Positions 12,976 through 27,640 of a stretch of 64,000 nt of DNA are shown here, piece after piece. Made by a program: the position numbers and the translations under genes. The notes beneath the pieces were generated by a model. It searched no databases. It was not told the DNA's origin and saw only the letters and a program-made list of their open reading frames with translations. Within the stretch, counting starts at the first letter, position 1, and each line of letters begins with the position of its first letter. Source of the stretch: Octopus sinensis (taxonomy: Eukaryota); assembly GCF_006345805.1 (NCBI RefSeq), contig NC_043001.1:125984001-126048000 (forward strand), written 5' to 3'.

Positions 12976-14257
12976 GAAGGGCATTGATGACCTAAACAGG
13001 AATTGAATTCAGTTTGGGGATGAACACTGCAAGGAATTCTATCCAGTGCTCAAACACTTCAGCCAATCAACAACTTAAACTGAATACCACAAGGTAATTT
13101 AGTCCAAAAACTCTCCTGGCCTAATTAAATTAATATGTCTTTCATCCTGTCAAGGAAAGATGCAATAAATTAAAATACCAATCAAAAGCTAGAGTTTGGT
13201 ATATATATTTCTTTATTACCCACAAGGGGCGAAACATAGAGGGGACAAACAAGGACAGACAAAGGGATTAAGTCGATTACATCGATCCCAGTGTGAAATT
13301 GGTACTTTATTTATCGACCCCGAAAGGATGAAAGGCAAAGTCGACCTCGGCGGAATTTGAACTCAGAACGTAACGACAGACATAATACCGCTAAGAATTT
13401 CGCCCGGCGTGCTAACGTTTCTGCCAGCTCACTGCCTAAATTGTTTGATATATAATTGACTGTTTCCACCTTATCCTTACCTAAAGTTTCTGGCTTTGTC
13501 TTTTATCTTCTACCTTTTACTTGTCCCAGTCATTAGACTGCGGCCAAGCTGGGGCACTACCTTCAGGAACTTTAGTCAAACTCATCAATCCCAGCACTTA
13601 TTTTCTTTTTAAGCCTGGTATTCATTCTATCAGTCTCTTTTGCTGAACCACTATGTTACAGCAATGTAGACACATCAACACCAGTTGCCAAGTAGTGGGG
13701 GGGGGGAGACCTCAGAAACAAAGACACACACACATATGGCAGACTTCTTTCAGTTTCCATCTACCAAATCCACTGACAAGGCTTTGGTCGGTCCAAGGCT
13801 TATAGTAGAAGACATTTGCCCAAGGTGCTACACAGTGGGACTGAACCTGGAACCATGTATTTGGGAAGCAAGCTTCTTACCACATGGCCATGTCTGCACT
13901 TTGTGTCTAATTTAGGAACAGCCACTGCTGCTCACACAGTCGTGGTAGCTGCTCACTTTGATGTAGAGGAACAGGAAGTTGTAACATGCATTCCTTTTCC
14001 AAAAAGCATAAAAGTTAATAATAATAATAATAATTTATTTGATTACTCTTTTACTCTTTTACTTGTTTCAGTCATTTGACTGTGGCCATGCTGGAGCACT
14101 GCCTTTAGTCGAGCAAATTGACCCCGGGACTTATTCTTTGTAAGCCCAGTACTTATTCTATCGGTCTCTTTTTGCCGAACCGCTAAGTTACGGGGACGTA
14201 AACACACCACATCGGTTGTCAAGCAATGCTAGGGGGACAAACACAGACACACACACA

Positions 14258-14315
<58 letters not shown>

Positions 14316-15431
14316 TACAATGGGCTTCTTTCAGTTTCCGTCTACCAAATCCACTCACAAGGCATTGGTCGGCCCGGGGCTATAGCAGAAGACACTTTCC
14401 CAAGATGCCACGCAGTGTGACTGAACCCGGAACCATGTGGTCGGTTAGCAAGCTACTTACCACACAGCCACTCCTGCGCCTATACATTTTTTGTTTTAAA
14501 TAATAACTGCAAAACCAATTCCAACAGGGAATCCAAAAACTGAATTATGGAATCAGCTCACTAAGTAACTTACCAACAGTAATGTAGCATTATATTATAG
14601 CATTACCTCCTGCTACAACAACAACAACATGGGGAGAAAAATAAATAGCAAAAGCCTTATCCAACATTTCAACAACTGCTTCCTATACATATATATTTTT
14701 TGTTGTTTTTTTTTATATAATGCTTACTCCAGTTAAGCAAATCATTTCTCACCCTACTTTTTCATAAATAGTATATTTCCCACCCTATTAGGTTACAGCA
14801 GATTCCATTTGACAAGATTTTGTTTTATTTCTTCTTATTTTTCAAAGAAAGGTCACTGAGAGAGGAGGGAGGCAGCAACTTTTGCTGTGAAACAAATATT
14901 TCTGAACCGAGAGAGTTTTTGGAAGAAACCAACTACCACTGCTACCACTACTGTATCAGACTGCATCTCCTTATCACAGACTCAATTCAATTCTCAGGAG
15001 TATTACACAAATAAGCTAAGCAGTGGTTTTTAAAAGTTAGCTGTATACTTTAAGGTTCCAACAGGAACAAACTGGGCTGCTTGCTCTACACTGTAAAATT
15101 AGTGTAGCTATGTTTATTTATTTCAGGAAACAGTTGAAGGGTAGTGTATGGAATGACACATGCCGCAGAAGTGACATCAGCTCCTGGCAAACAGCTCAGA
15201 CAAAGCAGGATTTTTCGAGGAAAGATCATTTACAGAAGAATGGTTTGTCAAATGTGTTTGCCTGCATCCTGTGAGAGAGAATGTCAACTCAGCACTTCAA
15301 GCCAACAACTGACTTATCAGTTATAAAATGGATCTCTGTTGCTTGCAGAGGACACCTCCCTAAACTCAACTAAATTGTGCTCAAGCTAAATGAGAATGTT
15401 CAAGCTGCTAGATATAGCAGCCCAATCTATC

Positions 15432-15880
15432 TTAACCCTTTAGTATAACCCTTTCATTACTGTATTTATTTTGAGATTCTCTGTTTTTCTCTCAATTATT
15501 TTAAATATAACAAAGAATTTAGTAAAATAACTTAGTTATCATTAAGTTAGTGTTAGGAGCATAAATTGTGACTAAGGTTTGGTGAAAGATTTTAATTCAA
15601 AACTTATAAAAACAAAACATTTGTACTAGAGCCAGAGCCGGTTTCAGCCGGGTTAGTAACAAAAGGGTTAAACCAGCCATATCAGGCCTGAATAGTGTAC
15701 CTGACCTATGTTCAAAATGGCTAGGTTCAGTTTCTCACACCTCCCCTAAAATGTCATTATAAAAATAAGCAGTCACATCATCGAAATCTCAAAGATATGA
15801 AATAATGTATAATTAATTGAAAATAATAAGAATAAATAAGCATCGCATATGACAGAATAATCTGAATACTAAAGGGTTAC
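15432..15880. mobile_element. Two nested TTAA-type (piggyBac-like) MITEs
   Basis: Outer ends TTAACCCTTTAGTAT / ATACTAAAGGGTTA; inner ends TAACCCTTTCATTAC / GTAACAAAAGGGTTAA (15446-15671). Confidence 0.65.
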
Positions 15881-18572
15881 TCTTTACTCTTTTTACTTGT
15901 TTCAGTCATTTGACTGCGGCCATGCTGGAGCACCGCCTTTAGTCGAGCAAATCGACCCCAGGACTTATTCTTTGTAAGCCCAGTACTTATTCTATCGGTC
16001 TCTTTTGCTGAACCACTAAGTGACGGGGACGTAAACACACCAACATCGGTTGTCAAGCAATGCTAGGGGGACAAACACAGACGCACAAACACACACACGC
16101 ATATATATATATATATATACATATATACGACAGGCTTCTTTCAGTTTCCGTCTACCAAATCCACTCACAAGGCATTGGTCGGCCTGGGGCTATAGCAGAA
16201 GACACTTGCCCAAGATGCCACGCAGTGGGACTGAACCCGGAACCATGTGGTTGGTTAGCAAGCTACTTAACACACAGCCACTTCTGCGCCTATGATTTTG
16301 TTAAATATGATTTTGATAAAAACAAGAAGGACACATTTGATAACATAGCCCAAGATAAGTTGTATCTGAAAAGAAGGGTTAGTGAAAGTTAGACAACTTT
16401 CATCTAATGTCTACTCAATCTGGTTTCACTGGGAACGGGAATGGGGCATGCGATTGAGGGGTTAAACAACAACAACAAGAATCCTGTTTGTTCATATACA
16501 GCTGACAGATTGGGCTCCTGAAAGTTAAGGGCTCTGGTTATTGACACAGCACATAACCAGCACTAACAGAGTAGTGAATCATTTTGGTACCCTAACAATT
16601 TAGTCAACATAATTCAAGACTGACAGTAATTTTACATAATACTCCTTTGTTTTGAATTACACTATCTTTTATCTTTAACTTGTTTTAATCACTGGACTAC
16701 AGCCATGCTGGGGCACCACCTTTAAGGGTTTAAACGAACAACTCAATCCCAGTACTTAGACAGGCTTCTTTCAGTTTCTGTCTAGCAAATTCACTTTCAG
16801 AGCATTGGTCAACCCAGTGCTATAGCAGAAGATGTACCCAAGGTGTGCTACATAGAATTGAACTCAAAACAATGAGGTTGCAAAGTAAGCATCTGAGCCA
16901 CACAGCCATGCCAGCACCTATGATGAGACAAATTTCCTCCTGGATAGAAAACTAGTCTACTGCAAGTTACTTTCCTTGCAGGAGAAACTGAAATCAGCTA
17001 ATAAAGCACCACTATATTACCCTGCAATAATTACTTCCAACTCAAGCCACAAAAGGAACCTTTATATGGCTGTTCAAAAAGCTAGAAATAGCAGCCTAAT
17101 CTTCAAATCACAACCTCCCATCTTAAAGAAAGAAAAACAAAAGAATATGGACTATATGGCCCTATATACTTCAAAATAAGACAAGATAGTCAAAGCTGGA
17201 CTGCCAGTAATCATGGGGCTACTCATTCAGAGTTGGCCTGGAGTTTAACATGAGCCAACAAGAAAATTTGTGTTTGTCTTTGGATGCATCATAAGGTTAT
17301 AATTGAGTACAAACTATTAGGTTTTTGGCCTCTAACTACTTCCTTTGTTGCCTCCCTCTTACACACACACACACACAATGTGACCTGCAAGTAAAAGCAG
17401 CCAAATCCTCCTCAAACCACACCTTATCTTTAAAAAAGGTTATATTATATAATGTGGTCTAGAATACATTATCTGAAAATAAGAGATGGCCATAGCTTGA
17501 TTGTTTCAATTACAGGTGTCTACTCAATCAGAGTCAACAACAAAAGCCTACTTCCAACTAAGCAGACTTGGTTATTATCGGTCAAATGTCTTGCTCATGG
17601 ACACAAAAATAGAGTGGAAAAGGAATTGACCACTGATCTCCTCTATTGGAAGGTAACCATAAGAAAGGAAAGCCAAAGAAGATATAGAATGCCTGTAATT
17701 GTATGTCTGTTTTAGTAGAGCTGATCAGGAGCTAAACACCATCTTCATCATTTTAATGTCTGTGTTTCTATGGTTACATGGGTTGAACAGAATTTTCTGT
17801 GGTAGATTTTCTCCAGCCAGATACCCTTCATGTCTTCAACTCTCACCTCTTTCCAAGTAAGGTAACATTCCCCCAATGGCTAGATATGTTTTCATGGAAG
17901 AGTGCTAAGGACATCCCTTGTAACTATCAAGCAATATCAAAGCAAAGAGACAGTAAAACAAACACACACACACACAGAGCAGGCTTCTTTTCAGTATACT
18001 GAATTCAATCACAGGGCTTTGCTTGACTCAGAGCAACAGTATACAACACTTGTTTAGGGTTCTATTCCATCAGCCCCAGAAAGATAACTAACAACATTAA
18101 CTTACCAAAGAGGTTATTAAGTATCTAAGTCAAGCTTCCTATAGCATCAATCATATCCATTATCCTTGAGAGCATATTGCATAATCTGGCTTTGAAAGAT
18201 TAAAATGCCAACCATAGGTAAGACCAGGTTTATTAGTCCTACCTGTGTGAGTATAAGAGGTGTACAACTAAGTATGTCATTAGAGTATTAACTTACAGAC
18301 TAAACAGCTATAAGTATGTATCTTGTCGTGTGCACTGCACTGCTTTTATTGCAAAGAAAATATCAATAGCACACTTTATCTGCATTTGGGTATGCACACA
18401 TGCATGTATACACTCTACATAGATATATGACTTAAGGGTCAAGTGTTTTGTATCTGGCAGTTATTAAGCTCAATGTTGCAAGTTCCAATTTTACCAGGAG
18501 TGATAAGTGCCATGCATGAAACTTTTCACTTTTGTAACTTTCTGTTCATTAAAAAAAAAGTGTGTGTGTGTT

Positions 18573-18788
18573 TAGGGGCTGCTGAAGAGTTCCTGGCCTT
18601 AAGGTTATCGCAACAGGCCTGATTGGAGGCCCAGCTTTCTGAGTTCTTTTACTGGGATTAGAAAAACTGAAGGACCACTGCAATAAGTATGTGAATCTGA
18701 GAAGGGAATATGTTCTATAAAATCATAATTAACTGACTCTCTTGTATTTTCTTTTACTCAAAGCCAGGAACTTTTCAGCACTCTCACG
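18573..18788. mobile_element. Mariner-derived MITE, second copy
   Basis: Collinear match to 211-427. Confidence 0.75.
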
Positions 18789-18802
18789 TATATGGACCTA
18801 TC

Positions 18803-18845
<43 letters not shown>

Positions 18846-18846
18846 T

Positions 18847-18901
<55 letters not shown>

Positions 18902-21508
18902 ATACCCAGTATGGACCTGAGAAAACCAAATAAGGCTCAAACTTGTAGACATGCCAGCAACAGAAACGTCTGCATATATCACCTTAATCAGAACTATTTC
19001 TATGACACACTCTTGAAAATGTCACCATTAATGAATGGCAGCAACTTTTACTGTAACTGATGACTTTTAAGGGACATTTTGGGTAACATTTTGATGTTTA
19101 CTCATAGGTGCGGGAGTGGCTGTGTGGTAAGTAGCTTGCTAAACAACCACATGGTTCCGGGTTCAGTCCCACTGCGTGGCATCTTGGGCAAGTGTCTTCT
19201 GCTATAGCCCCGGGCTGACCAATGCCTTGTGAGTGGCCGCAGTCAAATGACTGAAACAAGTAAAAGAGTAAAAGAGTATCTTCCTACTTCAGAACCAGAA
19301 AATACTTTGACCTCCAGTAACCCTCTACAAAAGCTCAAGTGAAACCGCAATGGAATACTGTACAGCTGCTATTCACAGACATTCTAAACCATGTCATAAG
19401 AAAGATCACTCACCAATAACACACATCCAACTTCAACACACCAAAACGTCTCCTCTCTTTCACTTTTCAACTGTTACTACTACCGTGGCTTCTGCTTTTG
19501 CAGCTGGCTGCTCTCCTGTCTCCTTCACTCAGGCACACTTGGCTGTTCACTCATTTCACTTCCTCCTGTCACCCATAATGTATTCACACATACACACACT
19601 GCCAAGCAGAGTCAATCCCACTGCTTGGCAACTAGGGCCTTTTACTACAGGTCACAGGTCAACCAAAGCTTGGAGAGTGGATTTGGTAGAGACACACTGA
19701 AAGAAAATCATGGTATGTGTCTGTGTGCATATATATGTGTATATATATATCATCATCATCATTTAGCATCTGCTTTCCATGTTAGCATGGGTTGGACAGT
19801 TCAACTGGGGTCTGGGAAGCCAGAAGGCTGCACCAGGCCCAGTCTGATCTGGCAATGTTTCTACGGCTGGATGCCCTTCCTAACGCCAACCAATCCGTGA
19901 GTGTATTGGGTGCTTTTTACGTGCCACCGGCACAGGGGCCAGGCGAGGTTGGCAACGGCCACAATCGGATGGTGCTTTATACGTGCCACCAGCATGAGGC
20001 CAGTTGGGGCAGCGCTGGCAACGGCCACGTTCGGATGGTTCTCTTACGTACCACCAGCACTGGTATCACAGCTGCAATTTCCATTGAGATTATATTTTAC
20101 TTGTTTCAGTCATTAGATTGTGGTTATACTAGGGTACCATCTTGAAGAATTTTCAGTCGAAAGAATCGACCCCAGTACTTATATTTCTAAGCCAGGTACT
20201 TACTTATTCTATCGGGCTCTTTGCTGAACTAAGTTATGGGGACATAAAAATACTAACACCAGTTGTCAAGCAGTGGTGTAGGACAAATACAAACACACAC
20301 ACACACAAGCATTCTTTCAGTCTGTCTACCAAATCCACTCACAAGGCCAGAGGCTATAGAAGACACTTGCCCAAGATAGCAAGCAGTGGAACTGACCCCA
20401 GAGCCATGTGGTTCTTACCACACAGTCATACCTGCACCCAAGAGATTTATATATATATATATATATATGTGAGTGTATGTGTTTTACTGTCTCCTTGCCT
20501 TAACACTGCATGATAGTTGTAAATGAGTAACCATCATGCAAGTTGGGTCTGTTTCCAGTAATCAGCATAAACATGTGGCTGTGTGGTAAGTAGCTTGTTT
20601 ACCAACCACATGGTTCCAGGTTCAGTCCCACTGCGTGGCACCTTGGGCAAATGTCTTCTACTATAGCCTCGGGCCAACCAAAGCCTTGTGAGTGGATCTG
20701 GTAGATGGAAACTAAAAGAAGCCTGTCATATATATGTATATATATATATATATATATGAGTGTGTGTGTTTGTTTGTGTGTCTGTGTTTGTCCCCTTAGC
20801 ATTGCTTGACAACCGATGCTGGTGTGTTTATGTCCCCGTTACTTAGCGGTTCGGCAATCGAGACCGATAGAATAAGTACTGAGCTTACAAAAGAATAAGT
20901 CCCGGGGTCGAGCTGCTCGATTAAAGGCGGTGCTCCAGCATGGCCGCAGTCAAATGACTGAAACAAGTAAAAGAGTAAAGAGAGAGTAAAGAGTATGTCT
21001 GATCATGGGGGAAATATTACCTTACTTGGAAACACATAAGGGTTGGCAACAGGAAGGGCATTCAGCCATAGAATATCAGCCCCAGTGAATTCTGATAGAC
21101 CCATGCAAGCATAGAAAAGTGGATGTTGAAACAATGACGACACAACCTTCAATCTCCACACTCACAATCATACCCAGTCTTCCTTCTCCAGAAAGTTGAT
21201 TCCAACTGGAAATTCTTCCCTATACAATTTTCTATTGGCTGTTGACTTGCAAACATTTCAAATCGAATGTTGCAAATCCACCCCGGGTTATAGCCAAAAC
21301 AAGAAAGGAAAAAATATACAAATATAAAGGCATGGCTGAGTGGTTAAGAATCTTGCTTAGCAACCATATGGTTTAGAGTTCTATCTTACTGCACAGCACA
21401 TTGTGCAAATGTCTTCTACTAAAACCAAAGGTCAACCGTCTTGTAAGGGAATTTGATAGGCGGAAACTGTCTAGAAGCCCATCACCCACAAACATACATA
21501 CATACACG

Positions 21509-21568
<60 letters not shown>

Positions 21569-22048
21569 CTATATATACTCTTTTACTTGTTTCAGTAATT
21601 TGACTATGGCCATGCTAAAGCACCGCCTTTAGTCAAGCAAATCAACCCCGGGACTTATTCTTTGTAAGCCCAGTACTTATTCTATCGGTCTCTTTTGCCG
21701 AAAAGCTAAGTGACGGGGACGTAAACACACCAGCATCGGTTGTCAAGCAATGCTAGGGGGACAAACACACACACATACATATACATATATACGACAGGCT
21801 TCTTTCAGTTTCCGTCTACCAAATCCACTCACAAGGCATTGGTTGGCCCAGGGCTATAGCAGAAGACACTTGCCCAAGATGCAACGCAGTGGGACTGAAC
21901 CCAGAACCATGTGGTTGGTTAGCAAGCTACTTACCACACAGCCACTCTTGCGCCTACGGATACAAAATGAGTGTGTGTATGTATATATATATATATATAC
22001 ACACACACGCAATATATATATATATATATACATAGGTTGTACATATTC

Positions 22049-22385
22049 ATGGCTCAGTGGTTAGAGCATCGAGCTCACAATCGTGAGGTTGCGAGTTCGA
22101 TTCCCCCGGACTAGGCTGCGTGTGGTGTTCTTGAGCAAGACACTTTATTTCACGTTCGTTCAATTAACTCAGCTGTAGAAATGAGTTGCGACATCACTGG
22201 TGCCAAGCTGTATCGGCCTTTGCCTTACCCTTGGATAACATCAGTGGTATGGAGAGGGGAGTCTGGTATGCGTGGGCAACTGCTGTCCCTCCACAAACAA
22301 CTTTGCCGGGACTTGTGCCTTGGAGGGTAACTTTCTAGGTGTAACCCCATGGTCATTCATGACTGAAGGGATGGGGGGGGTCTCC
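22049..22385 (+). mobile_element. tRNA-derived SINE family C
   Basis: Head TGGCTCAGTGGTTAGAGC...GAGTTCGATTCC followed by GTTCTTGAGCAAGACACTT. Other copies lie at about 5143-5400(+), 52951-53207(+) and 53490-53785(-). Confidence 0.8.
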
Positions 22386-23092
22386 TCCTCACATATTCAT
22401 ACAATAGTATATATAGGCGCAGGAGTGGCTGTGTGGTAAGTGGCTTGCTAAGCAACCACATGGTTCAGGGTTCAGTCCCACTGCGTGGCATCTTGGGCAA
22501 GTGCCTTCTGCTATAGCCTCAGGCCGACCAAAGCCTTGTGAGTGGATTTGGGAGACAGAAACTGAAAGAAGCCTGTCGTATGTATGTATAAATATATATA
22601 TATATGTATGTGTGTGTATATGTTTGTCCTTCTAGCATTGCTTGACAACCGATGCTGGTGTGTTTATGTTCCTGTCACTTAGCGGTTTGGCAAAAGAGAC
22701 CGATAGAATAAGTACTGGGCTTACAAAAGAATAAGTCCCGGGGTCGATTGGCTCGACTAAAAGGCGGTGCTCCAGCATGGCCACAGTCAAATGATTGAAA
22801 CAAGTAAAAGAGTATATCCAATATGTCACATATTATACTTACAGATAAATTCCTCTACATAATATCGAGGTCTCTTTCATTCTTTTGTCTTACCATTTCT
22901 ATCAATATATATAAATATATATAGGTTGTACATATTCATGCGATAGCATATACACCCTATATATATATATGCATAGGTTGTATATATTCATACAATCGCA
23001 TATACATCCAATATATTTATATAGGTTGTACATATTCATACAATAGCATAAACACCCAATATATATATATATATATATACATACACACACAC

Positions 23093-23143
<51 letters not shown>

Positions 23144-23531
23144 TTCTACATATTCATACAATAGTATATACATCCACTATATATGTGTATATATGTATAT
23201 ATTTCTATATACATCCAATTTATGTCTACATATACAGACACATTACAATTTGTAATCTGTACATATATAATATATACTACACAAAATAGATACAATCAAT
23301 CAATCAACTATATATATATATATATATACACATACATACATACAAACAATCATTTAATGACCAATCAGCATCACCGTAAAAGGAGAAGCACACACTCTAT
23401 CATCAAAATCAATTCCCTATAGCCACCACCATCACCACAAGTTATTTCAACATCAGCAAGCAACCAGAGCAAAGCACAAGCTAGTGGTTGTGAGAAACGT
23501 GTGTGTAACGGCCATCTGCTTCAATCCTATC

Positions 23532-23568
<37 letters not shown>

Positions 23569-23994
23569 GGAAGACCATCCACTAATTTTCTTTTTTTTTC
23601 TTTTACTTTTTAGATGAATGATATCAGATGCAAGAAATGAAATGGATGGTGGGAGACTGAAAATCATTATATATTTCATCATATACATAAATATTAGATG
23701 AATGATATGTGTATGTGTGTGTATGTATATATATATATATATTATATATATATTATATATATATATATATATCATCATCACATCATCGTTTAGCGTCCGT
23801 TTTCCATGCTAGCATGGGTTGGACGGTTCTACTGGGGTCTGTGAAGCCAGAAGCTTCATCAGGCCCAGTCAAATCTGGCAGTGTTTCTACGGCTGGATGC
23901 CCTCCTAACGCCAACCACTCCGTGAGTGTAGTGGGTGCTTTTACGTGCCACCCGCACATATATATATAACCCATACTAGCATGGAAAACGGACG

Positions 23995-24195
23995 CTAAAT
24001 GATGATGATGATATATATATATATAGATGAATGATATATATATATATAGATGAATGATATATATATATATAATATATATATATATACCTGAATGATATGT
24101 AAATAATATATATATATATATATAGCTGAATGATATGTAAATATATATATATATAGCTGAATGATATGTGTATATATATATATAGCTGAATGATA

Positions 24196-24274
<79 letters not shown>

Positions 24275-24445
24275 GTACTTGGAGAAGAAGAAGAACAGAA
24301 CATATATATAGATATATATATATATAGATGAATGATATGTACATATATATATATATGAATGATATGTACATATATATATATATATGAATGATATGTACAA
24401 ATATATATAGATAGATATAGATGAATGATATATATATATATGTAC
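23995..24445. repeat. (TA)n-based compound repeat with GATGAATGAT / GCTGAATGAT modules
   Basis: The module recurs at least 10 times between TA runs. Confidence 0.8.
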
Positions 24446-24530
24446 ATATTCATCTAAAAAGTAGAAAAAAAGAAAATTAGCATATGGTCTTCCCTTATAT
24501 ATATGTATATATATATATATGTATATAAAA

Positions 24531-24820
24531 CGGAGATGTACTTGCATAGCGAGTGACCTCATCTGAGACTGTGTGCTGGAACGAAAACAATTGCAGCTTG
24601 GAAGGTGTTTGTAAATTATTTAAAAAACACACAGAAACCACTAGATTCAATTCAACATTTAGATTAATTTGCAACACGGAATTTTGTCAGTGAACAGGTT
24701 GTGGTCCCAAAGCAACAAAAAAATATTTTGGCAAATCAAATTTAAATGTTGAAGTGAATCTGAATGGTTTTTACATGTTTCTTAAATGGCTTATAAACAC
24801 CTTCCACACTACAATTGTTT
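24531..24820. mobile_element. Two partial copies of the variant-hammerhead repeat in inverted arrangement
   Basis: 24531-24671 is oriented like the 28.6 kb copy as read on the plus strand, and 24675-24820 is the opposite orientation. The block is flanked by (TA)n. Confidence 0.6.
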
Positions 24821-26259
24821 GTATATATATATATATACATATTTATGTGAAGGCGTGTGACCTAGTAGCTAGGCTGTTGTCTCATGATCACTAGAGCGTG
24901 GGTTTGATTCCTTGACTGGGCAGCGTGTTGTGTTCTTGAGCAAAATACTTCATTTCACATTGCTCCAGTCCCCCTTTCAATTGGGAAGAATGTTGGCCTG
25001 CTGGCCAAGTCAGAGGGGTGGCATCAATCGATAGCTACATATATATACAGGAGTGGCTGTGTGGTAAGTAGCTTGCTAACCAACCACATGGTTCCGGGTT
25101 CAGTCCCACTGTGTGGCACCTTGTGCAAGTGTCTTCTACTATAGCCTCGGGCCGACCAAAGCCTTGTGAGTGGATTTGGTAGACGGAAACTGAAAAGAAG
25201 CCCGTCATATATATGTATATATATATATATGCGTGTGTGTGTTTGTGTGTCTGTGTTTGTCCCCCTAGCATTGCTTGACAACCGATGCTGGTGTGTTTAT
25301 GTCCCTGTTACTTAGCGGTTCGGCAAAAGAGACCGATAGAATAAGTACTGGGCTTACAAAAAAGAATAAATCCCGGGGTTGAGTTGCTCGATTAAAGGCG
25401 GTGCTCCAGCATGGCCGCAGTCAAATGACTGAAACAAGTAAAAGAGTAAAGAGTATATGCTTATATATATATATATATATATATATATACAACAGGTTTC
25501 TTTCAGTTTCTGTCTACCAAATCCACTTACAAGTCTATGGTCGGCCCAAGGCTATAAGAGAAGACACTTGCCTATGGTGCCACAAAGTGGAGCTGAACCC
25601 AGAACCATATGGTTAGGAAGTAAGCTTTTTACACAGCCACACTTGTACCATATATATCATCATCATCATCGTTTAACGCCCATTTTCCATGCTAGCATGA
25701 GTTGGACGGTTCGACCAGGGTCTGGGAAGCCAGGAGGCTGCACCAGGCTCCAGTCTGATCTGGCAGTGTTTCTACAGCTGGATGCCCTTCCTAATGCCAA
25801 CCACTCCATGAGTATAGTGGGTGCATTTTATGTGCCACCAGCAATGGAGAGAACAACTTTTCTGTTAGTCATGAATTGAAAACAACTACTTTTAGTCCCT
25901 ACTCACCTTTTTAATTAAGACTTCGCTATACTTCATTTGAGTTCCTAACATTTTGCTTAGAATACATGCGCACATACATATACACACATCAATACGCGTA
26001 CACAGATACACAAGCACACACATACCTATATGTGCTCACGCACAGGCATGTTTTTGCGAAAATCAGCTTTTCTTTCAAACACATTAGACTGGAAATGTGA
26101 CAGTTTGAAATTTTTAAGTTTGGAAGAATAGATAATAATCTATGAAAGAAAACTGAGGTGCTCTTCAATATGGATAAATACTTTTAGAGTGCCCAACATA
26201 CACAAATCTATTTGCACACATATGTATATACAACCTGACCTGTGCCAATGATATGCAAA

Positions 26260-26655
26260 AGGTGCCCATGCCGATGACAGGCAAAAAAAACCCCTCTGCT
26301 TGTGACATGCGAAAGGCACCCGTACCAGTGATACACAAAAGGTGCCGGTGACACATGAAAGGCAACCATGCCACTGACACACAAAATGCACCTGTCCTGG
26401 TGACACATAAAAGGCACTCGTGTTAGGGATATGCAAGACACCTATGCCAGTGACAGGCGAAAGGTGCCTGTACCATAACACATGAAAGGCACTCATGCCG
26501 GTGACACACGAAAGGCACCCATGCCGGTGTCACACAAAAGGTGCCTGTACCATAACACATGAAAGGCACTCATACTGGTGACACACAAAAGGTACCCATG
26601 CCGGTGTCATGCAAAAGGTGCCCAAGCCAGTGACACATAAATGGCACCCAGTACA
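26260..26655 (+). repeat. Degenerate 25-26-bp minisatellite leading into an RTE-type 3' tail
   Basis: Units like AGGCACCCATGCCGGTGACACACGAA, about 14 copies, followed by the tail and (GAT)n at about 26815. Confidence 0.7.
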
Positions 26656-27374
26656 CTCAATGGAAAGGTTGTCATTATGAAGGGCATTAGGAAGGACATC
26701 CAGCTATAGTAACCAAGCTGAAACGAGCCTGGTGCAACTCTTCAGCTTACCAGTCCAGTCAAACTAACTCATGCCAGCAAGGAAAACAGACGTTAAGTCA
26801 TAGTGATGATGATGACCTGCTACAAAGAACAGTCAAAAATCCCTTGAAGCACATCCTACAATATTAAAAAAAAGAAGATACATTAAAAAATAAGATATCT
26901 GCATCTACAAAAGGGTCACCCATCTGATTAGCATAAAGTCACTTATAGTTACACATGAAGGCTCTGGCCACCAAATGCACTGTTTCCACTCTGTCTTTTC
27001 CACTGCTTCTATTATTATGGCCTCTGCTAACTATGCTCGTGCCACTTTGACTCAAGACATTCCCATCCTACTTGTCTCTCCTTTTCTCATCATCCTTGTT
27101 GTGTCCCACCCACTCCAAGTTCCTAATCCTTCCTGGAACATCAGCCTCTAAAATTCTATCCTTGCTCATATCTTTACTGCAGGTATTGACAAAGAAAATG
27201 TTCAGGAGGAAAATCAACAGCAAAAGTTTTGCTGGTGTAAAAGAGCTCGTAAGATCATGAGCAAAACCCTTTCCTTCAGATCCATCCACCCATCTTCATC
27301 TACTATTTTGGGAGGGTCGTGTGGGTAGAGTCATCAGGAACCTCCTTTACAGGGTCCTTCAGAAGCAACTGTCA

Positions 27375-27640
27375 TTACACTTTCCAGTGGATTCCCAAGC
27401 ATGGCCAACAAAGATTATGGATATTATCCAACCATTTCATTCTTTGTCTATGCCTTAGACTCCTGCCAGTTGGTTTGGCATGAAAAATCTGTTTGGCAAT
27501 TCTTTTAAGCGACATTCTAATCGTATGTCTGTTGTAATAGAGCCATAACCTCTCAGTGCAGAAAAGTAGCAGATCATCCAGGGGAGATTCTCTGATCTCC
27601 AAGTTATGCACCCTGTCAAGTAACGTTAGTCCAGAGATCT
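27375..27640 (-). mobile_element. RTE-like LINE C-terminal fragment
   Basis: HTIRMSLKRIAKQIFHAKPTGRS..RQRMKWLDNI resembles the RTE C-terminal motif. Confidence 0.55.

Noticed and set aside
15127-15270. Plus-strand TTTCAG acceptor followed by an open frame
   Set aside because: The peptide is unrecognisable, there is no good donor, and it is antisense to the host intron.
22049-22125. tRNA-like sequences (also at 39320, 39600, 39855 and 52951)
   Set aside because: They are SINE heads continuing into SINE bodies, with no complete cloverleaf or acceptor stem.
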